From a bacterium (GTDB lineage Bacteria; Hinthialibacterota; Hinthialibacteria; Hinthialibacterales; Hinthialibacteraceae): DNA of 64,000 nt. Under the pieces are notes generated by a model, which saw only the letters and a list, made by a program, of their open reading frames with translations, searched no databases and had not been told where the DNA came from. A program made the position numbers and the translations under genes. The number at the start of each line of letters is the position of its first letter. Within the stretch, counting starts at the first letter, position 1. Location: NCBI GenBank assembly GCA_963663405.2, contig CAXXSM010000089.1:1-64000 (forward strand), written 5' to 3'. This document shows, piece after piece, positions 20,484-29,992 of the stretch.

Positions 20484-22328
20484 ATGAATCAAACATTTAG
20501 GAATTCCATTCAGGAACGAGTTCTCCTCGCGGACGGCGCGATGGGAACTGAAATTTATTCACGGGGTTTTTTTGTCAACCGTTGTTACGATGAACTCAAT
20601 CTAACAAATCCAGACACAATCCAAGAAATTCATCGTGAATATATCAATGCGGGTTCGGAAATTCTAACGACAAACACGTTTGGAGCCAACCGCATTCAAC
20701 TCGGCGCTTTCGGATTGGCCGAGAAAACGAGGGAAATCAACCAGGCCGGCGCGCGGATCGCAAAAGAGATTGCGGGAGATTCCAGTTTCACCGCCGGTTC
20801 AATGGGACCTATTTCGGATAAACTTCTATCCGGTGTGACGCCGGAATCGATCCAACAGGCCTATCGCGAACAGGCGGATTTTCTAATCAACGCGGGCGTT
20901 GATCTACTGCTGCTGGAAACGTTCTCTTCGCTTGAGCAATTGGAATGGGCGTATCAAGGAGCCGCGAGTCTCTCGAGTGATGTGACGATAATCCCATCCA
21001 TCTCCATCGGTCTTCTATCACAGCATAATCCCATTTCCCCATCCCAGCTGGTTAAAACCGTTCAAAGCTGGGGCGCTTCGATTCTAGGATTGAATTGCGG
21101 CGGGGGGCCGCAGGAAATGTTGGAAGCGCTGTCTTTAGTGAAAGAAGCCACCGGTGGCCGTCTCCGGCTGTCCGCCATGCCGAACGCCGGATTCCCCAAA
21201 CAGGTCGAAGGCCGCACCCTCTATATGGCGTCGCCTGAATACATGGCGGAATACGCGCGGCGGCTCGTACAAAAGGGCGCGTCGATCGTTGGTGGATGCT
21301 GTGGGACCACGCCAAGGATGATCAAAGAGATGGCGGTCTTCCTGCGGTCCGTACGACCGGGAAAAGTCTCGGTCACAGTTCTCACTGAGGACCAAAAAGC
21401 GATATCCATGCCCCCGGTTCCACGTGAAGAACGGACGCCGTTCGGTCAGATTCTCGGCCAAAAATTCGCCGTCTCGGTTGAACTCGATCCTCCAAGAGGC
21501 ATCGACGCTTCCCGCGCCGTCAAGGGAGCCAAGTTTCTCTACGAAAACGGGATTGACGCCGTCAATATCGCCGACGGCCCCCGCGCGACAGGCCGGATGT
21601 CCCCCACCGCGCTGGCGATCCTAGTGAAACGGGAAGCGCCGATTGAAACCATCATCCACGTCTGCGCGCGGGATCGAAACCTTCTCGCGCTCCAGATGGA
21701 TCTCATCAGCGCCAACGCCCTTAATCTAAAAAACTTGATGCTGATCACCGGCGATCCACCCAAAATGGGCATCTATCCCGATTCCACCGCCGTTTTCGAC
21801 CTTGAAGCGATTGGACTCGTCACCTGCGCGGACCGGCTCAATCGCGGTCTGGATTTCGCCGGCCGGCCGTTAAAAGGCCAGACCGCCTTCGTTATAGGTG
21901 TAGGATGCAATCCAGGAGCGGCGGATTTGGGTCTCGAAGTGGAACGCTTTGAAAAAAAGGTGAACGCCGGGGCGGAATACGTCTTTTCCCAGCCGATCTA
22001 CGATCATGCGCTTCTGGACGAATTCCTCAAACGCACGGAATCCGTCAAACCGATCCCATTTTTCGTTGGCATTCTTCCATTGGCGAGTTATAAAAACGCC
22101 GAATTTCTTCACAATGAAATTCCCGGCATGCAGGTCCCGGATTCGATCCGCGAACGGATGCGCCTTGCCCCGACAAAGGAAGCCCAAAGCGCGGAAGGAA
22201 TCGAGATCGCCTCCGAATCCCTGCGTCTCGCCGCCAAACACCCTCGCGTCAAAGGCGCCTACATCTTCCCTCCCTTCGGACGCTACGAAAGCGTTCTCGA
22301 CGTCCTCGAAAAATCCGGCGTTCGTTGA
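20484..22328 (+). CDS. yitJ: Bifunctional homocysteine S-methyltransferase / methylenetetrahydrofolate reductase
   Basis: DGAMGT, GLNC, GGCCGT, then VELDPP, ITGDPP, LHNEIPG. Confidence 0.9.
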   Translation: MNQTFRNSIQERVLLADGAMGTEIYSRGFFVNRCYDELNLTNPDTIQEIHREYINAGSEILTTNTFGANRIQLGAFGLAEKTREINQAGARIAKEIAGDSSFTAGSMGPISDKLLSGVTPESIQQAYREQADFLINAGVDLLLLETFSSLEQLEWAYQGAASLSSDVTIIPSISIGLLSQHNPISPSQLVKTVQSWGASILGLNCGGGPQEMLEALSLVKEATGGRLRLSAMPNAGFPKQVEGRTLYMASPEYMAEYARRLVQKGASIVGGCCGTTPRMIKEMAVFLRSVRPGKVSVTVLTEDQKAISMPPVPREERTPFGQILGQKFAVSVELDPPRGIDASRAVKGAKFLYENGIDAVNIADGPRATGRMSPTALAILVKREAPIETIIHVCARDRNLLALQMDLISANALNLKNLMLITGDPPKMGIYPDSTAVFDLEAIGLVTCADRLNRGLDFAGRPLKGQTAFVIGVGCNPGAADLGLEVERFEKKVNAGAEYVFSQPIYDHALLDEFLKRTESVKPIPFFVGILPLASYKNAEFLHNEIPGMQVPDSIRERMRLAPTKEAQSAEGIEIASESLRLAAKHPRVKGAYIFPPFGRYESVLDVLEKSGVR

Positions 22329-22387
22329 TTGATTTTGATTCTGAATCAATTGTGGGAGCAAAGGCGGGTGATAATTCGTGTTTTGTT

Positions 22388-22412
22388 CACGGGCGGAGAC
22401 GCCCGCGTTCCA
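22388..22412 (-). repeat. REP-like palindrome, family C (TGGAxCGCGGGCGTC..GCCCG)
   Basis: Immediately after the tadG-like stop codon; copies at 51309 and 59546. Confidence 0.7.
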
Positions 22413-23696
22413 TTACCGCGTAAGGGCCATCGCATAAACGAGTCCAGAGTGAGGCGCGTCTGGATGAATAATTGCGCTGGGACATGAAACCTGGCAGGGT
22501 TGAACGACAACATTCCGGTTTTGCAACGCGCCCGTCATATTCACATCCATAACCCGCGCGCCGACAAATTTTACAATTTTATATTCCGTGTTGTTCCCAT
22601 TTCCAACTGCGACGCTGTAAAGTGGAATCAAACGTGGTTGTCCGATGATATCATCCAACTCAAATCGCACAGTAGTGCTGACGCCTGTATCACCCTCCAA
22701 CCATTGCGAGAAATTCCCTCCACCTTCGTCTGTCATGAGCAGGCCGCCGATCGCGTCCAGATCCGCCTGCGATATTCCATAAATAATCTGCCGCCGTATA
22801 TCATCCGTACTATTGTTTGATGGGCCGATATCTATGGTCCCGAAATTGCCGGGTAAATCTTCCTGACCACAGATCCCATCTTTATTTGGGTACAATTTCA
22901 TTTCCGGGATACCGTCGCCGCCTGGGGAGACAGTTCCAGTGACTGGATCGTATGTGTAATCATCCACATCCGGTTCGTGGGGACACGCGCAATCGGGGGG
23001 ATGGTTGTCTCCATCCATACCTTCTACCCAAGTATCGTAGAGAATCGTGAAGGGAAGCATCATGAGATTCTCTTCCCCATAGGGTCCATCGGATAAAGCG
23101 AATCCAATCACCCGGTCGTCAATCGTAGCCGTCGCCTGTTTGGAAACCTGGACGGTGTTAGTCCCAGCGAACGCGCTGAAAAAAAGTCCTAATGGGCCAT
23201 TTATATCCTGAGACAGACTCGCTTTGACTTGCACGGAGTTGTAATACGATAAACCTTCAGTGAGGAAAGGGCTGTTGGGATCGTTTGGATCTTCTATATA
23301 ACCGGCGACGATCCCCCCATCTGGAAGGTTCTCATCGTTTCGGCGCAAGGCCAATGATCTATTGTCGGCTTTGTTTAGTTGAGCAAAGGATTCGGCGCTA
23401 TTACGCGCGAAAGTGATATCATCTTCGAAAGACGCGTCGCCATATAAAAAGCCTTCATCAATCAATTCGGCGGCGCCAGCGAGTGAGGCGGCTTCCGCGG
23501 CGTTTTGCAGTTGCGCTTCGGCTAAAATAATGTACCCGATGTCAAGTGAAAGCGCGGCGGACATCATAATGAAAACTATGCTTATAGCGGTTAAGACTAA
23601 AATCGCTCCCCGTTCCCTATCATAAGTCCCTATATCATGACGCAATAATTTGATATTCTTCCTTCCAGTATGTTTGGTACGTTCTGTTCCACACAT
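22413..23696 (-). CDS. TadG/TadE-like pilus assembly protein (Tad domain)
   Basis: ERG|AILVLTA...LSLDIG..ILAEAQLQNAAEAASLAGA; PGNFG. Confidence 0.8.
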   Translation of the reverse strand: MCGTERTKHTGRKNIKLLRHDIGTYDRERGAILVLTAISIVFIMMSAALSLDIGYIILAEAQLQNAAEAASLAGAAELIDEGFLYGDASFEDDITFARNSAESFAQLNKADNRSLALRRNDENLPDGGIVAGYIEDPNDPNSPFLTEGLSYYNSVQVKASLSQDINGPLGLFFSAFAGTNTVQVSKQATATIDDRVIGFALSDGPYGEENLMMLPFTILYDTWVEGMDGDNHPPDCACPHEPDVDDYTYDPVTGTVSPGGDGIPEMKLYPNKDGICGQEDLPGNFGTIDIGPSNNSTDDIRRQIIYGISQADLDAIGGLLMTDEGGGNFSQWLEGDTGVSTTVRFELDDIIGQPRLIPLYSVAVGNGNNTEYKIVKFVGARVMDVNMTGALQNRNVVVQPCQVSCPSAIIHPDAPHSGLVYAMALTR

Positions 23697-23883
23697 GATG
23701 TCTTCACCTTTGATGTAACGTTCTGTGGTATTAATAGAAGCCCAATTCAATATATGTTTAATTTATGTTAAACAACGATTCAAAATCAGTATATTCAATA
23801 TATCGTAAAATGACAAAAAAAATTAAGGATTATCTCCTTCTTTATCAAATTGAGAATTCGATGATCAAACGGAGAATGTGTGA

Positions 23884-24273
23884 ATGAAGATCCATAAGTG
23901 GAGAAAAGCCAACGTTTTTATCGTTCAACCAGAAGGAAGAATCGATGCGGTTTCTTTTTCTGATTTTTCGACGTTTCTCAAAAAAATCATAGAAGATGAA
24001 GACGCGCGAAACCTTATTTTGGATTTTTCGAAGACCACTTATATGAGCAGCGCAGGCGTGCGAGTATTAATAGAGATTTCAAGAATGATCGCATCGAAAA
24101 AGGGATCTGTAGCGACCTGCTCATTGAGCGGTGATCTAAAGGAATTATTTGAATTGGTTCATCTGAACCAGCTGATTTCGATTCACAAAAATGAAGACGC
24201 CGCGTTGGAAGCCATTCTCGGTTCCGTCCCACATTCCGTCTTTAAAGGTATAAAACACCCTAAAAAAATATAA
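23884..24273 (+). CDS. STAS-domain anti-sigma factor antagonist
   Basis: GRIDA...LILDFSKTTYMSSAGVRVL. Confidence 0.9.
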   Translation: MKIHKWRKANVFIVQPEGRIDAVSFSDFSTFLKKIIEDEDARNLILDFSKTTYMSSAGVRVLIEISRMIASKKGSVATCSLSGDLKELFELVHLNQLISIHKNEDAALEAILGSVPHSVFKGIKHPKKI

Positions 24274-24440
24274 CCGTAACCTAAGTCTTTGCTACGCTTG
24301 GTGTTATACAAGAAAACCGGGAGGTGATTTGAGGCGATTTTAAACGGCGCTCTTGATGATTTGCAGATCCGTATTTGAATCAAAATCGGGCATCATTCCC
24401 TTATTCGCGTCAACATATTGGAAAATCTCATCCATATATA

Positions 24441-24548
24441 AAGGATATTTAGGATTTTTTACATTCATCTATATTTCCATCGATAATCGATACAATGATA
24501 ATGATAACGATCCTGAAAATCCTTATATCCTGGCTATCCAGATTCAGA
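24441..24548 (+). repeat. Degenerate copy of the AGGAT/ATCCT MITE-like element
   Basis: ATCCTGAAAATCCTTATATCCTGGCTATCCAGATTCAGA matches the right half of 33249-33396. Confidence 0.6.
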
Positions 24549-24618
24549 ATAAAAAATGTATCACTTCAGCAGGCTGACCAATTAAAATAATCCAAATATC
24601 AAAAGGAGAAACCATACT

Positions 24619-25587
24619 ATGTCAAACACGAACATCCACCGCCGCTCATTTCTTGGACGCGGATCGATGGCGGCCGCGGGCTTATCACTCGGCGCCTGCG
24701 CCGTGGGGGCTGTAGGCGCAGTGAAACGATCCGGCAGTCCGAAGGCGAAGGTTGGAATCAATATCTTACTATGGACCGCAAATCCGGCGGTCGAACATTT
24801 TGGATTGCTGGACAATTTAAAGAAATGGGGATTCGATGGCGCCGAATTTCCCATGTTCGATCCAACCGGCGATCATTGGGCCAAGCTGGGTAAACACTGC
24901 GCCTCGATTGATCTTGAAAACACCGTTTGCTGCTGTGTGCCGGAAGGCTCCAATCCCGCCAGTTCCGATCCCGCCGAACGCAAGGCGGCTGTCGCATTCC
25001 TCAAACAAAGCGTCGACCGCACGGTCGAACTTGGCGCGAAGATGATCTGCGGCCCCTTCTATTCACCTGTCGGACGGCTCGTTGGCCGGGGCCGGACGGA
25101 GGAAGAATTCAAAAATTGCGCGGACGTGATCCGCGAAGTGGCGGAATACGCGGCCAAGGTGGATGTCGGCCTGGCCCAGGAATCCATCAACCGTTTTGAG
25201 ACCTATGTTTTTAACAGCCAGAGTGATGGCTGCAAAATCGTCGACGCCGTGGACATGCCGAACTTCGGGATTCATTACGATACATTCCACGCGCATATTG
25301 AAGAAAAAGATTCCCCCGCCGCCATCCGCGCCGCCGGGAAACGCATCCATCACGTCCATATTTCCGAAAACGACCGGAGCACACCCGGCGCGGGTCAAGT
25401 CAAATGGAACGAAACCTTTGACGCGCTCAAAGACATTGGTTACGATCGATGGTTAACGATCGAAGCCTTCGGCCGCGCGCTGCCCGAAGTCGCCGCCGCG
25501 ACTTGCATCTGGCGGAAGATGTTCGCCAATGAAGAACAACTGGCGCGGGATGGACTGAAATTTATCCGGGAAAATTGGAACGCGTAA
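24619..25587 (+). CDS. Sugar phosphate isomerase/epimerase (D-tagatose 3-epimerase family), Tat signal
   Basis: HRRSFL; ESINRFET, YDTFH, HVHISENDR, TIEAF. Confidence 0.88.
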   Translation: MSNTNIHRRSFLGRGSMAAAGLSLGACAVGAVGAVKRSGSPKAKVGINILLWTANPAVEHFGLLDNLKKWGFDGAEFPMFDPTGDHWAKLGKHCASIDLENTVCCCVPEGSNPASSDPAERKAAVAFLKQSVDRTVELGAKMICGPFYSPVGRLVGRGRTEEEFKNCADVIREVAEYAAKVDVGLAQESINRFETYVFNSQSDGCKIVDAVDMPNFGIHYDTFHAHIEEKDSPAAIRAAGKRIHHVHISENDRSTPGAGQVKWNETFDALKDIGYDRWLTIEAFGRALPEVAAATCIWRKMFANEEQLARDGLKFIRENWNA

Positions 25588-25588
25588 C

Positions 25589-25623
25589 AAAAAATCGAAC
25601 CCAATGGAATTCCACCGGGTTCG
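25589..25623. terminator. Hairpin terminator between convergent genes
   Basis: A-run then CGAACCC...GGGTTCG stem. Confidence 0.5.
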
Positions 25624-25670
25624 TTCATAATCTCAGCGAAGATTCACGGATTATAACCACCGTGAATGTT

Positions 25671-26660
25671 TTATTTTTTTATATTCTGCCAAGCCAACGC
25701 CGCCGCGCCTAAAATTCCCGCGTCATCCCCCAAGGCGGCGGGGACGATTTCGACGCCTTCATAAACGATGGGGAAGCAGTTCTTTTCCGCATGTTCGCGA
25801 ATCTCATTTAGTATCCGATCCCCCAGCGCTTCCGTCAGCCCTCCACCGATCACAACCATTTCCGGGCTGAGTATATTGAGCAGACTACCCACGGCTATAC
25901 CAATATATTTTGACGCGCGCTTAATCTCTGATACAACAAGATGATCGTTCGCTTCAATGGCTTTCCGGAACACTTTACTCGTCAATTTCGTCCAATCGGA
26001 ACCGATCAGCTCTGTGAGAACCGTGGGGACTTCCTTTTCAACAGCCGCCTGGAAACGTTTGATGATCGCCGTTTTACTCGCGTAGGCTTCCAAGCATCCA
26101 CGTTGTCCACAGCCGCATAATTCTCCACCGGCGACGATTTTTTGATGGCCCAATTCTCCGGCGTTCTTGCTGAAACCGTGGACAAGCCGGCGATTGACAA
26201 TCACGCCGCCCCCAATGCCGGTTCCGATAAAGAGTCCGATTAGATCCTTCTTCCCTTTCCCCGCGCCGTAGACAAATTCTCCCAAAGTCCCAACATTGAC
26301 ATCATTGTCTAAAAAGGCGGGAATTCCGAGCCGCTCACTTACAAAAGGCGCGATGGGAGCGTTGGTTAAATTGACATTAGGGGTTTCGATAACGATCCCT
26401 TTATCAGGATCAAGCGGGCCGGGAGAGCCGATTCCCACTCCTTTGATTTTTTTGAGTGAACAACCGGAGGATTCCACCGCTTCCTCACAGCATTCAACCA
26501 ATCGGTTCAGGATATCTTCCGTCGGTTTTTGCGGTTTTGTCTTTTTTTTGGCGCGGCTGAGAATTTCGCCCGATTCGGTGATAACCGCCGTCAGGATCTT
26601 AGTTCCACCCAGATCCACTCCCAGAACCATTCGTTCTTGCGCAGATTTCGATTTCGCCAT
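25671..26660 (-). CDS. ROK family sugar kinase (glucokinase-like)
   Basis: GVDLGGT, NDVN, GTGIGGG, GELGH, CGCGQRGCLE. Confidence 0.92.
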   Translation of the reverse strand: MAKSKSAQERMVLGVDLGGTKILTAVITESGEILSRAKKKTKPQKPTEDILNRLVECCEEAVESSGCSLKKIKGVGIGSPGPLDPDKGIVIETPNVNLTNAPIAPFVSERLGIPAFLDNDVNVGTLGEFVYGAGKGKKDLIGLFIGTGIGGGVIVNRRLVHGFSKNAGELGHQKIVAGGELCGCGQRGCLEAYASKTAIIKRFQAAVEKEVPTVLTELIGSDWTKLTSKVFRKAIEANDHLVVSEIKRASKYIGIAVGSLLNILSPEMVVIGGGLTEALGDRILNEIREHAEKNCFPIVYEGVEIVPAALGDDAGILGAAALAWQNIKK

Positions 26661-26687
26661 CAGCGGAGCGCTCCTCTTCTATCACTC

Positions 26688-27389
26688 TTATCCTAAGATG
26701 TCAAATACTTTTTTGATGAGTTCTTTTGCGATGGCGCGTTTAGAACGATTTCCGTTGATGATTTCGAAGCCGTATTGATCGCTCATGCGCCGGAATTGAT
26801 TCTGAATCTGTCGTTGGTATTTCAAGAAACTTTCAAACATATCCTGGGAAAGACCCACATCCATCCCTGATTCCCAATAATCCAGGATTTCGCTTTTCTG
26901 GAAATTCCGTTCCATCAAATTTTCTGGACTGACTCGCAGATAAAAGACAGCGTCAGGCACGATCGCGATTCCAAAAAGCGATTCCAACCAATCCGGCTCC
27001 ATGCCGCGAACCACATCCCTCGCCATCAGGGTATAAATATACCGGTCGGCCAGGACGATGAATCCCGCGCGCAACGCGGGGATGATACGGTTTTCCAATT
27101 GATCCGCGAAGTCCGTCGCGTAAAAAAGGCTGAGTGTTCGTTTCCCAAGAATATTTCCTTGTTTCGCCCGCTCCAATTCTTGGCTGACCAGGGTGGAACG
27201 GCGCAATCCCACGGGAACCGTCGCAAAACCCTGTTTTTCGAGTTCGTCTTTGATTAATTCGATCTGCGTAGACCGGCCGGAGCCGTCGGCGCCTTCAACG
27301 ACGATCAGTTTTCCGGTCAATTCGTCCAGGTTGACGCCGGACAGACCGGTTCCATAAAATCGTTTTGGCTGGGTTGGCGCTGCATTCAT
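26688..27389 (-). CDS. Thymidylate kinase-like protein, copy 2 (P-loop Lys replaced by Arg)
   Basis: VEGADGSGRST, ADRYIYT; ATGA overlap with the upstream paralog. Confidence 0.85.
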   Translation of the reverse strand: MNAAPTQPKRFYGTGLSGVNLDELTGKLIVVEGADGSGRSTQIELIKDELEKQGFATVPVGLRRSTLVSQELERAKQGNILGKRTLSLFYATDFADQLENRIIPALRAGFIVLADRYIYTLMARDVVRGMEPDWLESLFGIAIVPDAVFYLRVSPENLMERNFQKSEILDYWESGMDVGLSQDMFESFLKYQRQIQNQFRRMSDQYGFEIINGNRSKRAIAKELIKKVFDILG

Positions 27390-28048
27390 GGCCGGGTCCT
27401 CCATCGGTAAGAGGAAAGATCGATGTGATCACTGACGATTTTCCTCACCTGTTCCTGCAGTTCTTCGATGGGCCGGGTTCCGTCCACGACTTGAAAACCA
27501 AATTCGTCTACCATATTTACATATTCATTATTGATCCGCTCTTGGAAAAGCGCAAAACTTTCATATGGATCGTCGGAGAGATTCAAATCCATGCCCGCTT
27601 CATGATATTTCAGCTGGGGGCGTCCGGATAGAATGCGGTTCAGAGCAGTCTTCAAGGGCACTTGGAAGAAGAACGCGATATCCGGCTGCACGGCGAAACT
27701 ATACATTTTGCGCAGCCATTCCCGGTCACATCCACGTGTGCTGTCCCGCGCGAAAGCGGTGTAGATATACCGGTCACAAAGAACGATGTAGCCGGCCCGG
27801 AGAAGCGGGCGGATCTGCCGTTCGTATCGATCCGCGAAATCGGTGCAATGAATCAAACTGAACGTCGTGGGTGTCAGTAAGTTCCTTTTTTTCCCCTTTT
27901 TCGTGGCTTTCTTGATGACGACGGACGAATTCCATTCCGTGAAAAAGACCTTGATCCCGCTAAGTTCCAACCACCGTTTCACGAGATAGATCTGGGTGGA
28001 TTTTCCCGAGCCGTCGAGTCCTTCTACGGCGATGAGTTTGCCTTTCAT
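27386..28048 (-). CDS. Thymidylate kinase-like protein, copy 1
   Basis: VEGLDGSGKSTQ, CDRYIYTAFARD. Confidence 0.85.
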   Translation of the reverse strand: MKGKLIAVEGLDGSGKSTQIYLVKRWLELSGIKVFFTEWNSSVVIKKATKKGKKRNLLTPTTFSLIHCTDFADRYERQIRPLLRAGYIVLCDRYIYTAFARDSTRGCDREWLRKMYSFAVQPDIAFFFQVPLKTALNRILSGRPQLKYHEAGMDLNLSDDPYESFALFQERINNEYVNMVDEFGFQVVDGTRPIEELQEQVRKIVSDHIDLSSYRWRTRP

Positions 28049-28256
28049 GATATCCCTTTGATACACTGCAAGTATCGATTCAATCCAACCGGCGCCCAAA
28101 AAGCAAAGCCATTGAATGATGAGTCAATTCTCTTGCGCTTTTCAATATGAATTCCAGTTTTCACCAGCCAATTGTTAGAAAACCATTATATCCATAATAG
28201 CGGAATGTTCAATCGTATACAAAATATTAGAATCGAGAGATCTGTTTTATTATATC

Positions 28257-28346
28257 AACCATCATGATTTGAGATCACAACGCGCAGATGAAAATGAGTT
28301 GCGGGAGTGAATTCGAACGAGAAAGCCTTAGAAACTCATTTTCATA
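28257..28346 (+). repeat. ~90-bp repeat unit ATCATGATTTGAGATCAC...ATGAAAATGAG...CTCATTTTCAT
   Basis: Closely matches 53681-53772. Confidence 0.85.
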
Positions 28347-28350
28347 TAAA

Positions 28351-29610
28351 TTATACGATGGATTGGTCATTGAACACTTCCATTGGATCATAACCATGAC
28401 ATTCCAACAGCCGTAGAATCACTTCTTCCACGACTTTGTCCGGTGTCGACGCGCCTGATGTAACCCCGACTTTTACGGGCTCATCCGGAAGCCAATCGTC
28501 CGTGTTTATTTCTTCCGTTTGGCCGAACGGTTTATGACGAATCCGTTGGGATGAAAGGATGCAGTCCACATCGCTGATATGATATGTCGGCGCATAGAGA
28601 AGGCCGATTTCACAAAGATGGCTGGTGTTGCTGCTGTTATAGCCGCCAACGACAAGGATCAAATTCGGTTGTTTCTTCCCCAATTCGACTATCGCGTCCT
28701 GCCGTTCTTGCGTCGCGCTGCAGATCGTATCGAACGAACGATAGTGTTCTTTCAAATTCTCCAGTCCATAGCGGTCAGCGATCGCGGATTCAATCATTTT
28801 TGAGATCGCCATATATTCACTGCTCAGCATGGTGGTCTGATTCGCCAGTCCGACAAAAACCAAATCTTTGTCCGGATCAAAATTAGGGCTGATGGCCTGT
28901 TCGAATTTCTCCAGGAATTCGTTTTTGTTTCCCCCCTGGCGGATGTAGTCACAGACGTAGCCGACTTCAGCCTCGTTGCGGACAATGAGATATCGCCCTC
29001 CAGGAAATTGCAGCACGCGGGAACTGGTGGCGATGGTTTCTTCATGGGAAAACTTCCCATGAATGATGGATGTAAATCCATCCTTTGCATTGCGTTCCAC
29101 CCGTTTCCAAACATTCATCACGGATCCGCAGGTAGTATCCACCATGGTACACCGAATGTTCGCCAATCGCTCCATCACTTCGACACTCGCGCCAAACGCG
29201 GGAAGAATGACAATATCCCCGGGTTGAACATCATCGTAATCGTATGTTTTTTCCTTCCCTCCACTCAAAAAACGGATGTCCATCTCCCGCAGTTTCCGAT
29301 TCACGCGGGGATTATGAATGATTTCCGTCGTGATATAAATCGGTGTATCGGGATATTTCCGGCGGGTTTCATAAGCGTAATTGACGGCGCGGTCCACACC
29401 GTAACAAAATCCGAACTCTTTGGCGAGAAGGATTTCGAAATCACCTACCCGCACGCTGGATTCGTTATCCCGCAGTTGTTGAATCAACTCGCTTCTATAT
29501 TCATTCGTCAGTGTGTCAGCGATTTCGTCTTTCATTCCGAAACCATGCCGGATGATGGGCAGCCCGCTTTTTTTCGACGGCATGAACAACTCCCAGGGTA
29601 TAGTTTGCAT
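28351..29610 (-). CDS. ispH: 4-hydroxy-3-methylbut-2-enyl diphosphate reductase
   Basis: FGFCYGV, IIHNP, DTTC, NQTT, TICSAT, SSNT, TSGASTP. Confidence 0.95.
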   Translation of the reverse strand: MQTIPWELFMPSKKSGLPIIRHGFGMKDEIADTLTNEYRSELIQQLRDNESSVRVGDFEILLAKEFGFCYGVDRAVNYAYETRRKYPDTPIYITTEIIHNPRVNRKLREMDIRFLSGGKEKTYDYDDVQPGDIVILPAFGASVEVMERLANIRCTMVDTTCGSVMNVWKRVERNAKDGFTSIIHGKFSHEETIATSSRVLQFPGGRYLIVRNEAEVGYVCDYIRQGGNKNEFLEKFEQAISPNFDPDKDLVFVGLANQTTMLSSEYMAISKMIESAIADRYGLENLKEHYRSFDTICSATQERQDAIVELGKKQPNLILVVGGYNSSNTSHLCEIGLLYAPTYHISDVDCILSSQRIRHKPFGQTEEINTDDWLPDEPVKVGVTSGASTPDKVVEEVILRLLECHGYDPMEVFNDQSIV

Positions 29611-29992
29611 GGTAGTCTATCCGATCTATTTTTTAAAAACAACTCCATAAACGGCGTTGCAGGAAACGGCGCCTATGCGCATAGCTCAAAACGGATGATT
29701 TTAACTTCAGCAACGAGGGAAAATCTAGAATCCATTTTTAATAAGGAGTCCTTTTTGTTATTGTATCCATTCGAATCTAGAAATAGGGGCATTTTCTGAT
29801 TCTATATTTCATTCCTAAAAAATAACTCACAATTCGCCTTTCCAACCATAAATTTTATGATCGCCTGCGCTTCAACCTAGGAAAAACCGGCTGAATCAGC
29901 GATGATATTGGATGGATAGAAAATTATCTTTTTACAATCGATACATAAGAACTGCGATGGTTTATATTAAGGATAGACAATAGGAGAGAATC

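Noticed and set aside
29008-29799. Long antisense ORFs (also 39486-40295, 59769-60488, 60989-61729)
   Set aside because: Shadow frames opposite well-supported genes, with no motifs or RBS.
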